Source of the DNA: Octopus sinensis
Lineage: Eukaryota
Assembly: GCF_006345805.1 (NCBI RefSeq)
Contig: NC_042998.1
Span: 170,562,001-170,626,000, forward strand
DNA: 64,000 nt
Direction: 5' to 3'
How positions within the stretch are numbered: position 1 is the first letter of the stretch; each line of letters begins with the position of its first letter. The notes below the pieces were generated by a model, which saw nothing but the letters and a program-made list of their open reading frames with translations, did not search any database and had not been told where the DNA came from. Shown one piece after another: positions 1 to 10,875 of the stretch. A program made the translations under genes and the position numbers.

Positions 1-480
1 GAAGCCGGAAGGCTTCATCAGGCCCAGTCAGATCTGGCAGTGTTTCTACGGCTGGATGCCCTTCCTAACGCCAACCACTCTGTGAGTGTAGTGGGTGCTT
101 TTTATGTGCCACCCGCACAGGTGCCAGACAGAGCTGGCAAACGGCCATGAATGGATGGTGCTTTTACATGCCACCGGCACGGGGGCCAGGCGAGGCTGGC
201 AACGAACATGAACGGATGATGCTTTTACGTGCCACCAGCACGGGGGCCAGGCGAGGCTAGCAATGGACACGAACGGATGGTGCTTTTACGTGCCACCGGC
301 ACAGTGGCCAGGCGAGGCTGGCAACGGACACGAACGGATGGTGCTTTTACGTGCCACTGGCACAAGGCCAGTCGGGGCGGCGCTGGCAACGGTCACAAAC
401 GGATGGTCCTCTTACGTGCCACCGGCACTGGTAACTCAGCTGCAATTTCCATTGATCGATTTCGATTCTGATCCTCACTT
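1..480 (-). mobile_element. RTE LINE 3'-UTR-derived SINE-like fragment with about six tandem ~61-bp units
   Basis: Contains ctacggctggatgcccttcctaacgccaaccact, as at 46463-46808, 47027-47170 and 63296-63545, where it runs into a (CAT)n tail. The unit ggtgcttttacgtgccaccggcac recurs at ~96, 158, 217, 278, 339 and 404. Confidence 0.75.
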
Positions 481-574
481 GCCTCAACAGGTCTTCACAA
501 GTAAGAGTTTTGTTTCCCAAGAAGGGAAGGTATGCATACGTAGGCTGGCTCCATCCCATGTAGAAGGCCACGGG

Positions 575-587
575 TTATGGTCTCATA

Positions 588-672
<85 letters not shown>
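575..672. repeat. (TA)n/(CA)n microsatellite
   Basis: Direct reading. It is the source of the YIYI-type ORFs here and throughout the window. Confidence 0.95.
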
Positions 673-678
<6 letters not shown>

Positions 679-1125
679 TATTGTCTCTCATGTCTTGCTT
701 TCATTTTGTTTAAAACTTTTGCTAACGCTTACTTTCATTTTATCACAGCTGCTATGCACAAATCCTGATTGGGTAAAAATGTTCAAACTTTAAACCTCTT
801 TAAACATTTTCTAGAAAATTTTTCTTGAATAAATAAGTCACAAACTCGAATTCAACATGAAAAAGTTCATCAATATACCAAATTTGAAAACTTTCGCCTA
901 AGTTTAAACCACAACAGAAAAGACCTCTCTGTCTCTATCTTTCTTTTTCACTTTCATCATGATATCCTTTCCCTCTCTCTATACATTTTTACCATACTCT
1001 CTCACTGAGTGTGTGTGTATGCATGTGTGTAAGGAATTTTATTAGAGCAACAGAATTATTTTAAAAAGTTATGTAAAACATCATTTATTTTAATAGCATA
1101 CTTTTCTCTTTGTAAATGTGTTTTG

Positions 1126-1156
<31 letters not shown>

Positions 1157-1865
1157 GACTCAGTTGATGTGGGGTGGAGGATAAAAATTTAAATTACAAA
1201 TTGTTGCTTAAATCCTAGCAATGGAACACTGCATCAGCATTCCATAAAATGTGTTCATGGGGAGAAAAATATTAAAAAACATCAATGTATGTCAGAGTGA
1301 CAAAGAAATGAGGAAGGTATCAGGTGATTGTGGGATGAGCATGAAACAACAGCTAAACTTCCCTTAAAATCACACACAGCTTTTCATCTGAAAATTATTT
1401 TGAAATCATAAACAGATATAAATGGCAGATTCAGAGTCTGTATTTGAAAACTATGATTTAAAAAAAAAATTTCGAAAAAACTCGAAATTTTAGAATATAT
1501 GGAGGGGCAGGTTTAAAGAAAATATTTAAAAAGATTTCACTCTTGTCTTTAAATTGTTTCATTTTCTGTTTGAAAATAAAGGAAGTGAGGATTGTAATAG
1601 TAATTGCTGATTTCCTCCAATTTTTTTTTTTTTTTTTCTTAAACTTTCAAGGCTTCTCCCATCTTTTTTTAAGCGTTTTGTGCAAAAATAAATTGGCCAA
1701 AATTGGTACTGAACGGGGAAGGAGGTTTGGAAAAATTCATAAATTTTCCAATTTCTTTTTACCGAAAAGACATCTATTCTTTTTAAGTGAGTAACGCAAA
1801 AGAGAAAAAAGATTGGACAAAATTGGTCCGGACGAGAGGAAGGAGAAATTTCCAGTCCACGAATT

Positions 1866-2240
1866 TTTTTTTTTTTCAAAAAAGAGTTCCGGACCCCAGT
1901 TATGAACTCATTTGCATACAGCCAATCAGAGCTCAACTATCAAATTAATTTATGAGCGCATAACAAGTTCTGGGCGATAAGAATAAGGTCACTTGGGTAA
2001 GGAATGACCATGTTACTTTACTCTTTTAATAATGCTTGTTGTTCTTGTTAGGCATAATCTGAGGGCTGAATGGCACCTTTCCTTTCACACTTTTCAAACG
2101 GTCTGCCAGCACCAATGCGGTTTCTGCCACCAGCATAAGCCTTTGTTTACTTGACGACAAGGTCAAGGTGAGTTCTGATTTACTGTATGCAAATGAGTTC
2201 ATTACTGGAGGCCGTAACTCTCGTGGGAAAAAAATTTTTG
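1866..2240. mobile_element. MITE-like element with ~70-bp imperfect terminal inverted repeats
   Basis: gaactcatttgcatacag (1905-1922) is the exact reverse complement of ctgtatgcaaatgagttc (2183-2200). Imperfect pairing extends outward and inward (1866-1935 vs 2170-2240). Confidence 0.6.
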
Positions 2241-3317
2241 CGTCCCATCCAGGTGGAGAACCTATATGTCAATGAAACCAGGAAACCGATCCTTATGAGC
2301 CATACATGGCTCGAGAAGGAACAAACAACAGATGTCAATAACGGAGATTCCGATTCTGACAAGTTGGCTTTTTTGTTATCTTTTTAAATTCAATTTTGAT
2401 CATGACAATGATGATAAATGAGGTTGAGTTTGTTGCTATCGGTTGGAGTAATACTAGTTTTATTGCTAGTCACGGCAGTGATGATTGCGATGGTGGTGGT
2501 GGTGGTCGTCGTCGTCGTCGTTGTGATGAATGTTTTTGACTTGTAAAACACATTTCTATTTAATGCCTTCCATTTTCTATGTTAGAATTCAAAAAATTTG
2601 TACATTTGGTAGCATAGTCTCTTGTGTTCAGTTATTTTATTATACTTATTTACTTTTGGTTGAATACATTTTTGTATATTTAAAAATTGGAATTTTGGAA
2701 AACAACAGTTTTAGTAATCATGATTTCCGTTTTTGTTTGAATTTTGTTAGTGAACAGGTCGCAGTCTCAAAGCGACGAAAATATTTTGGCAAATTAAATT
2801 TAAATGTTGAAGTGAATATAACGAGTTTTTGTGTGTTTCTTAAATGGATTATAAACACCTTCCACGCTGCAATTGTTTTAATTTTTTTAAGTTTATAGGA
2901 TTTGGCTGCTATTTCTAGCATGTGGAAAGCCCTTTTAGGCTTAACTGCTTATGCAAATCGAAAACCAACTACGCATGCGCAAATGATCGAACTGGTTAAA
3001 AACACCGAATATTTGTGTCTGCGAATAATGATAAGGGAGGGTTGTTTGATTTTTTTTTATTGAAATTTTAGAAAAAACATTTTCCAGAATCATAGTGTCC
3101 ATATTTTTCTATGTAGAATCCAAAAATACTTTTAGTAAAAAAAATATTTTTTTTAAGAATGGAGGTGGAGGTAATTTAAATTTCGAAATGCCGACTTTTT
3201 ATCAGAATCGGAATCTCCGTTAACAAAATCGTCGGAATCTGAAAAAAATATTTTTAAAGAGCGGGTAGAATGTTTATTGTACTTCTCAACGAAAAATATA
3301 AGCGTGTGGATTTTAGT

Positions 3318-3465
3318 GGGGGCGCGTGGCTTAGTGGTTGGGGTGTTGGACTAGCGATCGTGAGGTTGTGGTTTCGATTCCTGGATCGAGCGATCTGTTG
3401 TGTTCCTGAACAAAACACTTTATTTTACGTTGCTCTAGTCTACTCTGTTGTAGAAATGTGTTTAG
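3318..3465 (+). mobile_element. tRNA-derived SINE, 5' portion
   Basis: ggcgcgtggcttagtggttggggtg...ggtttcgattcc has A-box/B-box-like motifs. It is homologous to the fuller minus-strand copy at 45981-46322. Confidence 0.8.
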
Positions 3466-3772
3466 TCTGGAGCGGGATGGGCTGCACTGGGTTTTTTTTG
3501 GGGGGGGGGGTTGCCTATAATGCATGGCCGCAGTTAGTAAAAGCAGAGGATCTTTTTTTTTCTGTCTGCTTATTATTTCTTATCCCATGTCCTCTACTCA
3601 GAAACAGCTGAAAACATATCTGTAACCAAGGATCCTAAACTTCCTTCTTTCTTATTATTTCTTATACCATGTCCTCTACTCGGGAACAGCTGAAAAACAG
3701 ATCTGTCTAAAGTGTAGTCGTTTCACTGACTACCTGTGAGCTCCATTAGAGCTGATCTGAGACGACACAACA

Positions 3773-3900
3773 AATAATGTTTCCTGATTTAAACTGGAAG
3801 CCAGCAATTTTGGGGGTTGGGGACTAGTTGATTACATCGCCATCAGTACTTCATAAAATCTATTTTATTCATCCCGAGAGCTGAAAAGAAAAGTTAACCA
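3773..3900 (-). mobile_element. CORE-type SINE tail fragment
   Basis: Reverse strand reads ...aataaaatag...agtactgatggcgatgtaatcaactagtcccc...aaaattgctggc...ggaaacattatt, resembling CORE-SINE 3' sequence (recalled, not searched). Confidence 0.45.
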
Positions 3901-4028
3901 CTTTGGGATTTAAACTCAGAAGGTAGAGAGTTGGAAAACACTGATGCTGTAGCGATTCCGCCACCTTGCAAGTTTGGTCCTCAACTCGACGAAAAGTTCG
4001 AGCATATTTAACCAGAATTAGCAGCCAG

Positions 4029-4657
4029 ATTGACGTTCCTTCGATATAACTCGACAAACTCAACATTTGACAACAATTGACTTCGGGTATTTCCGTGACA
4101 GTCGTGAAATGGGAGGAGGAGGAAGCTAATGGGTTGTGTGTGCGTGCTTGTTTTTGTCTGTGTCTGTGTAAACTCCTGCTCGGAAATTTGCGGATTTTAC
4201 ATACACACATGATGCAGGTAAGAACAAATATGCAAGGCTTTTTTTTTTTATTCAAGTTTAAAATGAGAATTTGCTAGCATAATTTCGTTATATCTATAGG
4301 TACGACTAGAAAACAGTGGTCCCGGTGCGCGCACTCGCGTAGCCGCGCAAGCTAGTTGTGACTAGTCGATCCAACAACGACTACCTAGCAAAGTAAATTT
4401 TTTAAACAAAGTAAATAACACAAAGTAAGGATCGACTAGTCATGACTAGCTAGCACGAGATGCCAGTGCGCGCACCGGGACCACTGTTCTCAAGTAGTAC
4501 CTATCTATATTCCACAACACATAAAAACAGAACAGACACAGACAAGAACAAGCACGCACACACAACCCATTAGCTTTCTTCTCCCATTTCACAACTGTCG
4601 CGGAAATACCCGAAGTCAAATGTTGAGTTTGTCGAGTTATATCGAAGGAACGCCAAT
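4029..4657. repeat. Outer fold-back (arms 4029-4166 and 4532-4657)
   Basis: attgacgttccttcgatataactcgacaaactcaaca...gggttgtgtgtgcgtgcttg is reverse-complemented at 4532-4657. Confidence 0.85.
4296..4504. mobile_element. Palindromic MITE nested inside the outer fold-back
   Basis: ataggtacgactagaaaacagtggtcccggtgcgcgcact pairs with agtgcgcgcaccgggaccactgttctcaagtagtacctat. An inner IR gctagttgtgactagtcgatcc / ggatcgactagtcatgactagc is also present, with TA at both borders. Confidence 0.75.
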
Positions 4658-5606
4658 TCTTTTATTGTGTACAATGATGGTTGTCCTGGCGCTAAACAAA
4701 TTATCTAGTTTAACATCCGGTCACCAAAACAAAAACAAGCGTAAAAGGTGTAAAAAAAAAATGGGTAGTAAACGAATCTGAAAACAAAAATTTGCGCAAA
4801 CGAACCGGGGGCTGAGGAAAGGACTTTTGGAAAATTCACACGATCCGATTTTCTTCTCCGATATATATATCGACTTTTTCAAGTATCACTTGAAAAGGAG
4901 AGTGAGAGTAGAGAGGCAAGTTTTGTCTAGCGAATGTTTCAAAAAAAGATGGGTGAATGTAGCAAGGATGGCACGTATGAATGACGAAGCCACCTTGAGC
5001 ATAATCCTATGAACCCGGAAAATTTAAAACAGAGGGTTACCTACTTGCAAACAAATGTGGTAACATGTAACATCATTGACCGAGGTTACCGTGGTCTTTT
5101 CCGTGGGCTTTTCTTCCCACGGATAAACCTTATCTGCTTCTCCCTTTACACTTTACGCCATGACACTGTGATACATGATCCCTATTGATCGTTTTATTTT
5201 TCCTGTTTTTTCCCCCTTTTTTTTTTATTCTTTTCCTTTTACGATCCCTTTTGATCGAAAACCTAACCCACCTTTTTTTTTTCTCTCCCCCAAAAAGAAA
5301 AGCTCTACTTATTAATCTGTCCCGTCTGTGTGCAGCCCAGAACTCGGAACTTGTGAATCTTGTGAATTTTCTGAAGTCCTCTAAACCCAACTTCACCCCC
5401 GTTGCTTTCTGCGCATTTTTGTTTTCAGATTCGTTTCCTGCGTGGGCGTGAGGTAGAAAGATAACCATTTACCTCAAAGTTACGAAGGGAAAACATCGAA
5501 TCTTGTGAACTTTTCGAAGTCCTCTCCCCACCCCCTGGGAAAAGATTTTCCCCATAAATTTCTTTATAATCGTAATCTATACCGTGTGAAAGGTATTTAT
5601 ATAAAA

Positions 5607-6126
5607 CTAGCAGTATCGCCCGGCGTTGCTCGGGTTTGTAAGGGAAATAACTATATAAGCATTTTTAGAGAGTTATAGCAAAAAAATGCATTAAAAATGG
5701 AATAAAAAATGATGATCATTTTTTTTTTAAATCGTTGACTCAGTGTCTTCAAGCCATGAAGTCGTTGTTCTAAAAGAACGCTGGTCTCCTTGACAACGCT
5801 TTACGACGTTGATTTCCTTACATTCCCTTCCCCACAGCTTCACGAGGGAGGGAAGAAGGGGGAGAAGCAAACAGGTGCAGGTGTGACCGTGGACGCCATC
5901 GACACACGAAAAATTATGCATTAAAATGGAATAAAAAATGATGTTAAATTATTTTTAAAATCGTAGACTCATCGTAGACGCGCGCTAATAGCCAGACGGG
6001 CTCGATATGAATCACGACTATAAGATACCCGAATTTGGTTAAACTGCACCGCAAAATGTGGGAGTAGTTAGGAATCTAAATCGAAGGGGACAGACACTCA
6101 CACAACTACAGTTTTATATATATAGA
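5607..6126 (-). mobile_element. Non-autonomous Helitron copy 1
   Basis: Minus strand starts 5'-TC(tatata...), ends cccgagcaacgccgggcgatactgCTAG-3' (hairpin ~10 nt before CTAG), and sits between A and T. These are Helitron hallmarks. Confidence 0.8.
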
Positions 6127-6353
6127 TTTCATTAAGAAAAAAACCCATTTTCCTAAAAGTTATGAGGGAAAAACATTGGATCTTGTGGATTTTCCGAAGG
6201 CCTCCCCCCATCCCGTTGCTATCCGGGCATTTTTGTTTTCATATTCATTTCCTACACCTTTTTTTACACCCGTTGCACAATTTTTTTTTTCGATTTTGTT
6301 TCTGGGTAATAATATCAACATTAACCAACATATGGATGTATGTGTGTGTATAT

Positions 6354-6409
<56 letters not shown>

Positions 6410-6731
6410 AAAAATCCACCAGAATGGACGAAAGCGCTAAAATATGATATATGATATAAGTTATATGATGTATAAAAACATGTAATATACAAATAAATAT
6501 CTGTAAATATAAAACATCCGAATTTCTGAGTACCTCATTTCTTCTAATATAAAATACTTGTACATCATCTCCAAACCTTCTGGTATATTTTTTTCTCTCT
6601 CCTTGTTTTTTCTGTAGAAGAGCGTAGGCTCGAAACGTAAACGACTTTTTCTATTCCTGAGCGTTATACTAATACATCTGTTTGTTTTGTACACCACCTG
6701 TCTTCGTCTTTTGATTTTTTCGTAAACTCTC

Positions 6732-6777
<46 letters not shown>
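6127..6777. repeat. Spacer duplicated in tandem with the Helitron (second copy 7278-7919)
   Basis: 6127-6777 and 7278-7919 match except for microsatellite length. Identical ORF translations appear in the track (6461/7601, 6162/7313). Confidence 0.9.
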
Positions 6778-6778
<1 letters not shown>

Positions 6779-7277
6779 TAGCAGTATCGCCCGGCGTTGC
6801 TCGGGTTTGTAAGGAAATAACTATATAAGCATTTTTAGAGAGTTACTTCCCTTATAGATGCCAATTCGGGCTTTCTTAGCCATTTCTGTTTTGGTGTCTT
6901 CAAGCCACGAAGTCGTTGTTCTAAAAGAACGCTGGTCTCCTTGACAACGCTTTACGACGTTGATTTCCTTACACTCCCTTCCCCACAGCTTCACGAGGGA
7001 GGGAAGAAGGGGGAGAAGCAAACAGGTGCAGGTGTGACCGTGGACGCCATCGACACACGAAAAATTATGCATTAAAATGGAATAAAAAATGATGTTAAAT
7101 TATTTTTAAAATCGTAGACTCATCGTAGACGCGCGCTAATAGCCAGACGGGCTCGATATGAATCACGACTATAAGATACCCGAATTTGGTTAAACTGCAC
7201 CGCAAAATGTGGGAGTAGTTAGGAATCTAAATCGAAGGGGACAGACACTCACACAACTACAGTTTTATATATATAGA
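6778..7277 (-). mobile_element. Non-autonomous Helitron copy 2
   Basis: Same termini as copy 1 (CTAG at 6778-6781, TC at 7277-7276). Confidence 0.8.
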
Positions 7278-7491
7278 TTTCATTAAGAAAAAAACCCATT
7301 TTCCTAAAAGTTATGAGGGAAAAACATTGGATCTTGTGGATTTTCCGAAGGCCTCCCCCCATCCCGTTGCTATCCGGGCATTTTTGTTTTCATATTCATT
7401 TCCTACACCTTTTTTTACACCCGTTGCACAATTTTTTTTTTCGATTTTGTTTCTGGGTAATAATATCAACATTAACCAACATATGGATGTA

Positions 7492-7549
<58 letters not shown>

Positions 7550-7871
7550 AAAAATCCACCAGAATGGACGAAAGCGCTAAAATATGATATATGATATAAG
7601 TTATATGATGTATAAAAACATGTAATATACAAATAAATATCTGTAAATATAAAACATCCGAATTTCTGAGTACCTCATTTCTTCTAATATAAAATACTTG
7701 TACATCATCTCCAAACCTTCTGGTATATTTTTTTCTCTCTCCTTGTTTTTTCTGTAGAAGAGCGTAGGCTCGAAACGTAAACGACTTTTTCTATTCCTGA
7801 GCGTTATACTAATACATCTGTTTGTTTTGTACACCACCTGTCTTCGTCTTTTGATTTTTTCGTAAACTCTC

Positions 7872-7919
<48 letters not shown>

Positions 7920-7920
<1 letters not shown>

Positions 7921-8427
7921 TAGCAGTATCGCCCGGCGTTGCTCGGGTTTGTAAGGGAAATAACTATATAAGCATTTTTAGAGAGTTACTTCCCTTATAG
8001 ATGCCAATTCGGGCTTTCTTAGCCATTTCTGTTTTGGTGTCTTCAAGCCACGAAGTCGTTGTTCTAAAAGAACGCTGGTCTCCTTGACAACGCTTTACGA
8101 CGTTGATTTCCTTACACTCCCTTCCCCACAGCTTCACGAGGGAGGGAAGAAGGGGGAGAAGCAAACAGGTGCAGGTGTGACCATGGACGCCAACTCCGTC
8201 GCCATCGACACACGAAAAATTATGCATTAAAATGGAATAAAAAATGATGTTAAATTATTTTTAAAATCGTAGACTCATCGTAGACGCGCGCTAATACTCA
8301 GACGGGCTCGATATGAATCACGACTATAAGATACCCGAATTTGGTTAAACTGCACCGCAAAATGTGGGAGTAGTTAGGAATCTAAATCGAAGGGGACAGA
8401 CACTCACACAACTACAGTTTTATATAT
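7920..8427 (-). mobile_element. Non-autonomous Helitron copy 3 (left arm of fold-back)
   Basis: CTAG at 7920-7923. Carries a 12-bp insertion (gccaactccgtc) absent from copies 1 and 2. Confidence 0.8.
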
Positions 8428-8925
8428 GTAGTTGTGTGAGTCTCTGTCCCCTTCGATTTAGATTCCTAACTACTCCCACATTTTGCGGTGCAGTTTAACC
8501 AAATTCGGGTATCTTATAGTCGTGATTCATATCGAGCCTGTCTGAGTATTAGCGCGCGCGTCTACGATGAGTCTACGATTTTAAAAATAATTTAACATCA
8601 TTTTTTATTCCATTTTAATGCATAATTTTTCGTGTGTCGATGGCGGCGGAGTTGGCGTCCATGGTCACACCTGCACCTGTTTGCTTCTCCCCCTTCTTCC
8701 CTCCCTCGTGAAGCTGTGGGGAAGGGAGTGTAAGGAAATCAACGTCGTAAAGCGTTGTCAAGGAGACCAGCGTTCTTTTAGAACCACGACTTCGTGGCTT
8801 GAAGACACCAAAACAGAAATGGCTAAGAAAGCCCGAATTGGCATCTATAAGGGAAGTAACTCTCTAAAAATGCTTATATAGTTATTTCCCTTACAAACCC
8901 GAGCAATGCCGGGCGATACTGCTAG
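8428..8925 (+). mobile_element. Non-autonomous Helitron copy 4, inverted head-to-head with copy 3
   Basis: Reverse complement of copy 3, ending ...gggcgatactgCTAG at 8925 followed by T. Shares copy 3's 12-bp insertion and the ctaatactcagac variant. Confidence 0.8.
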
Positions 8926-9195
8926 TATATATATATAATTTCAATACGGAGCAAACAATTCACGAAAAATAATTTGCAAACGAACGGCTGATTTCTGTAA
9001 TTATTAATCAGTGTTTTTTGTTTTTGGGGGGGGGGGCCATTTAAATAAGAGTTTTGACTGTTATTTCCAGCGGGTAGGCATATTATGTCCTTAATAATAA
9101 GGGTAGAAATTGATATTAATTAATTAAAACCAGTGGCTTAGCATATTTTTAAAAATCCGAAAATTAAAAATTGTGTTACATACAAAATAAAGAAT

Positions 9196-9341
9196 AATGA
9201 CCACTAAAGTGGACACCTAATATGCTAAACATAGACGTCAAATCGCCATTACCACGAAGAGTGTGTTCTCAAGAAAAATTCGTGGTAATGGCGATTTGAC
9301 GTCTATGTTTAGCACATTAGGTGTCCACTTTAGTGGTCATT
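9196..9341. repeat. 63-bp inverted repeat with 20-bp loop
   Basis: Arms 9196-9258 and 9279-9341 are reverse complements with one mismatch. Confidence 0.9.
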
Positions 9342-9346
9342 CCTTT

Positions 9347-9438
<92 letters not shown>

Positions 9439-9481
9439 ATGTATATGTATTATTAAAAAGCAGCAGAAATAATACAAAAAG

Positions 9482-9519
9482 CTGTTACTCAGAGTTTCAC
9501 GTTCCCGTTCGTCGGACAG
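9482..9519 (-). ncRNA. Minimal type-I hammerhead-like motif (U4C core variant)
   Basis: Minus strand reads CUGU CCGACGA ACG-GGAA-CGU GAAA CUC-U-GAG UA ACAG: stem I 4 bp, stem II 3 bp plus GNRA loop, near-palindromic stem III, GUA cleavage triplet. Confidence 0.6.
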
Positions 9520-9532
9520 TTTTGTTTAGAAA

Positions 9533-9570
9533 TTGTCCGACGACCGGGAATGTGAAACTCTGAGTAACAG
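9533..9570 (+). ncRNA. Inverted partner hammerhead-like motif (weaker stem II)
   Basis: UUGU CCGACGA CCG-GGAA-UGU GAAA CUCUGAG UA ACAG. This is the right arm of the 9450-9602 fold-back. Confidence 0.45.
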
Positions 9571-9723
9571 CTTTTTGTTATATTTCTACTGCTTTTAAAT
9601 AAAGCATATTACTATACCTCTGGTATACGAGTACTATCCCCCCACCTTGTTTCGCATGTATGTGATTACTCTGGTATGTATATATTATGTGTGTGTGTGT
9701 GTATGTCTATATATATATATATT

Positions 9724-10117
9724 ACTCTTTTACTTGTTTCAGTCATTTGACTGCGGCCATGCTGGAGCACCGCCTTTAGTCGAGCAAATCGACTTATTTT
9801 TTGTAAGCCTAGTACTTATTCTATCGGTCTCTTTTGCCGAACCGCTAAGTTACGGGGGCGTAAACACACCAGCATCGGTTGTCAAGCGATGTTAGTGGAC
9901 AAACACAGACACACGAACACACACACACACACACACACACACACCCATATATATACATACATATATACGGCAGGCCTCTTTTCAGTTTCCGTCTATCAAA
10001 TCCACTCACAAGGCTTTGGTCGGCCCGAGGCTATAGTAGAAGACACTTGCCCAAGGTACCACGCAGTGGGACTGAACCCGTAAGCAAGCTACTTACCACC
10101 CAGCCACTCCTGCGCCT
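9724..10117 (-). mobile_element. tRNA-headed SINE with internal microsatellite and CORE-like tail
   Basis: Head aggcgcaggagtggctg..tggtaagtagcttgctta..gggttcagtcccactgcgtgg, tail ...gcagtcaaatgactgaaacaagtaaaagagta. Same family at 10876-11271, 12880-13045 and 16727-17091. Confidence 0.85.
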
Positions 10118-10875
10118 CTGTGTGTGTGTATCTGTATTTGACGATATTACGTTAACTAAAAATAGTGATGGGGATTTCCCAAGCACAACAACACGCACAC
10201 GATTTCACTTCCTCAAAAATGTGAATAAAAATCGTACCAAAAACTTCTACGTACTGTCGAGTAAGTTTACTACTGTTTCTTTACATCTCATTTTTGTACA
10301 ATTTGTACAGCTGTTGTTGTTAACACGCTTCTTTTCGCCTAAAATTTGGAAGAATTTCCTTTTTATGATTTTTGTTTACAATTGAAATATTGCTTGCATG
10401 ATGTAACCGGTTTATATAGATTCTTTTTGACATCACGGTGTCGGCCAGACTATCGGTTGTTGCTATATCTCACTGGTCACAAAGCGATTCATTTTCTTTC
10501 TTGACAGTACTCTTCTTTTCAACCCCTATCGTCTGCGAAGCGTTCTGAGTGGTCATTTCCGATCTCTTGGATACCATTCGGCAACTTCTCTGATTAAATG
10601 ATGAAAGCAAGCTCGCGGACGTCGGACTTCGGAAATACCAACAAGTTGTAATTTTTCTAATTTGACGAGGATTTCTCAGATTTGTTTTCACGGTGCCTTT
10701 GAATATGCAGGGCTAATGCAGAATCGGGTAAGACTTCCGCCCCCCTCCAACCACCCTTTAAAAAAAATAATTGTTTTTTTCGGCTACGGGGAACATGAAT
10801 CTGCGAAAAATTAGGCAAAAATCGATATTTCTAAATTACCACCCCACCCCCATTTCCTTCATTTTTAACTTTTTT

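Noticed and set aside
1-25. CUGAUGA followed by a hairpin on the minus strand at the window edge
   Set aside because: Other copies of this repeat read cctggtgcagcc, so it is a chance variant, and no GAAA is visible.
96-430. Tandem ~61-bp units as a CRISPR array or a twister/pistol ribozyme
   Set aside because: Eukaryotic context, no unique spacers and no cas genes. The conserved twister and pistol core nucleotides are absent; only a simple pseudoknot is supported.
2187-2387. 66-aa ORF as a coding exon
   Set aside because: It starts inside an inverted-repeat arm, has no clear acceptor or donor, and shows no recognisable homology.
3570-3695. Short direct repeat ending gaaacagctg, similar to a hammerhead stem III
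   Set aside because: No CUGANGA core upstream and no cleavage triplet.
10470-10691. 73-aa minus-strand ORF in CpG-richer sequence
   Set aside because: No recognisable domain; it ends in a SINE fragment and has no supporting exons.
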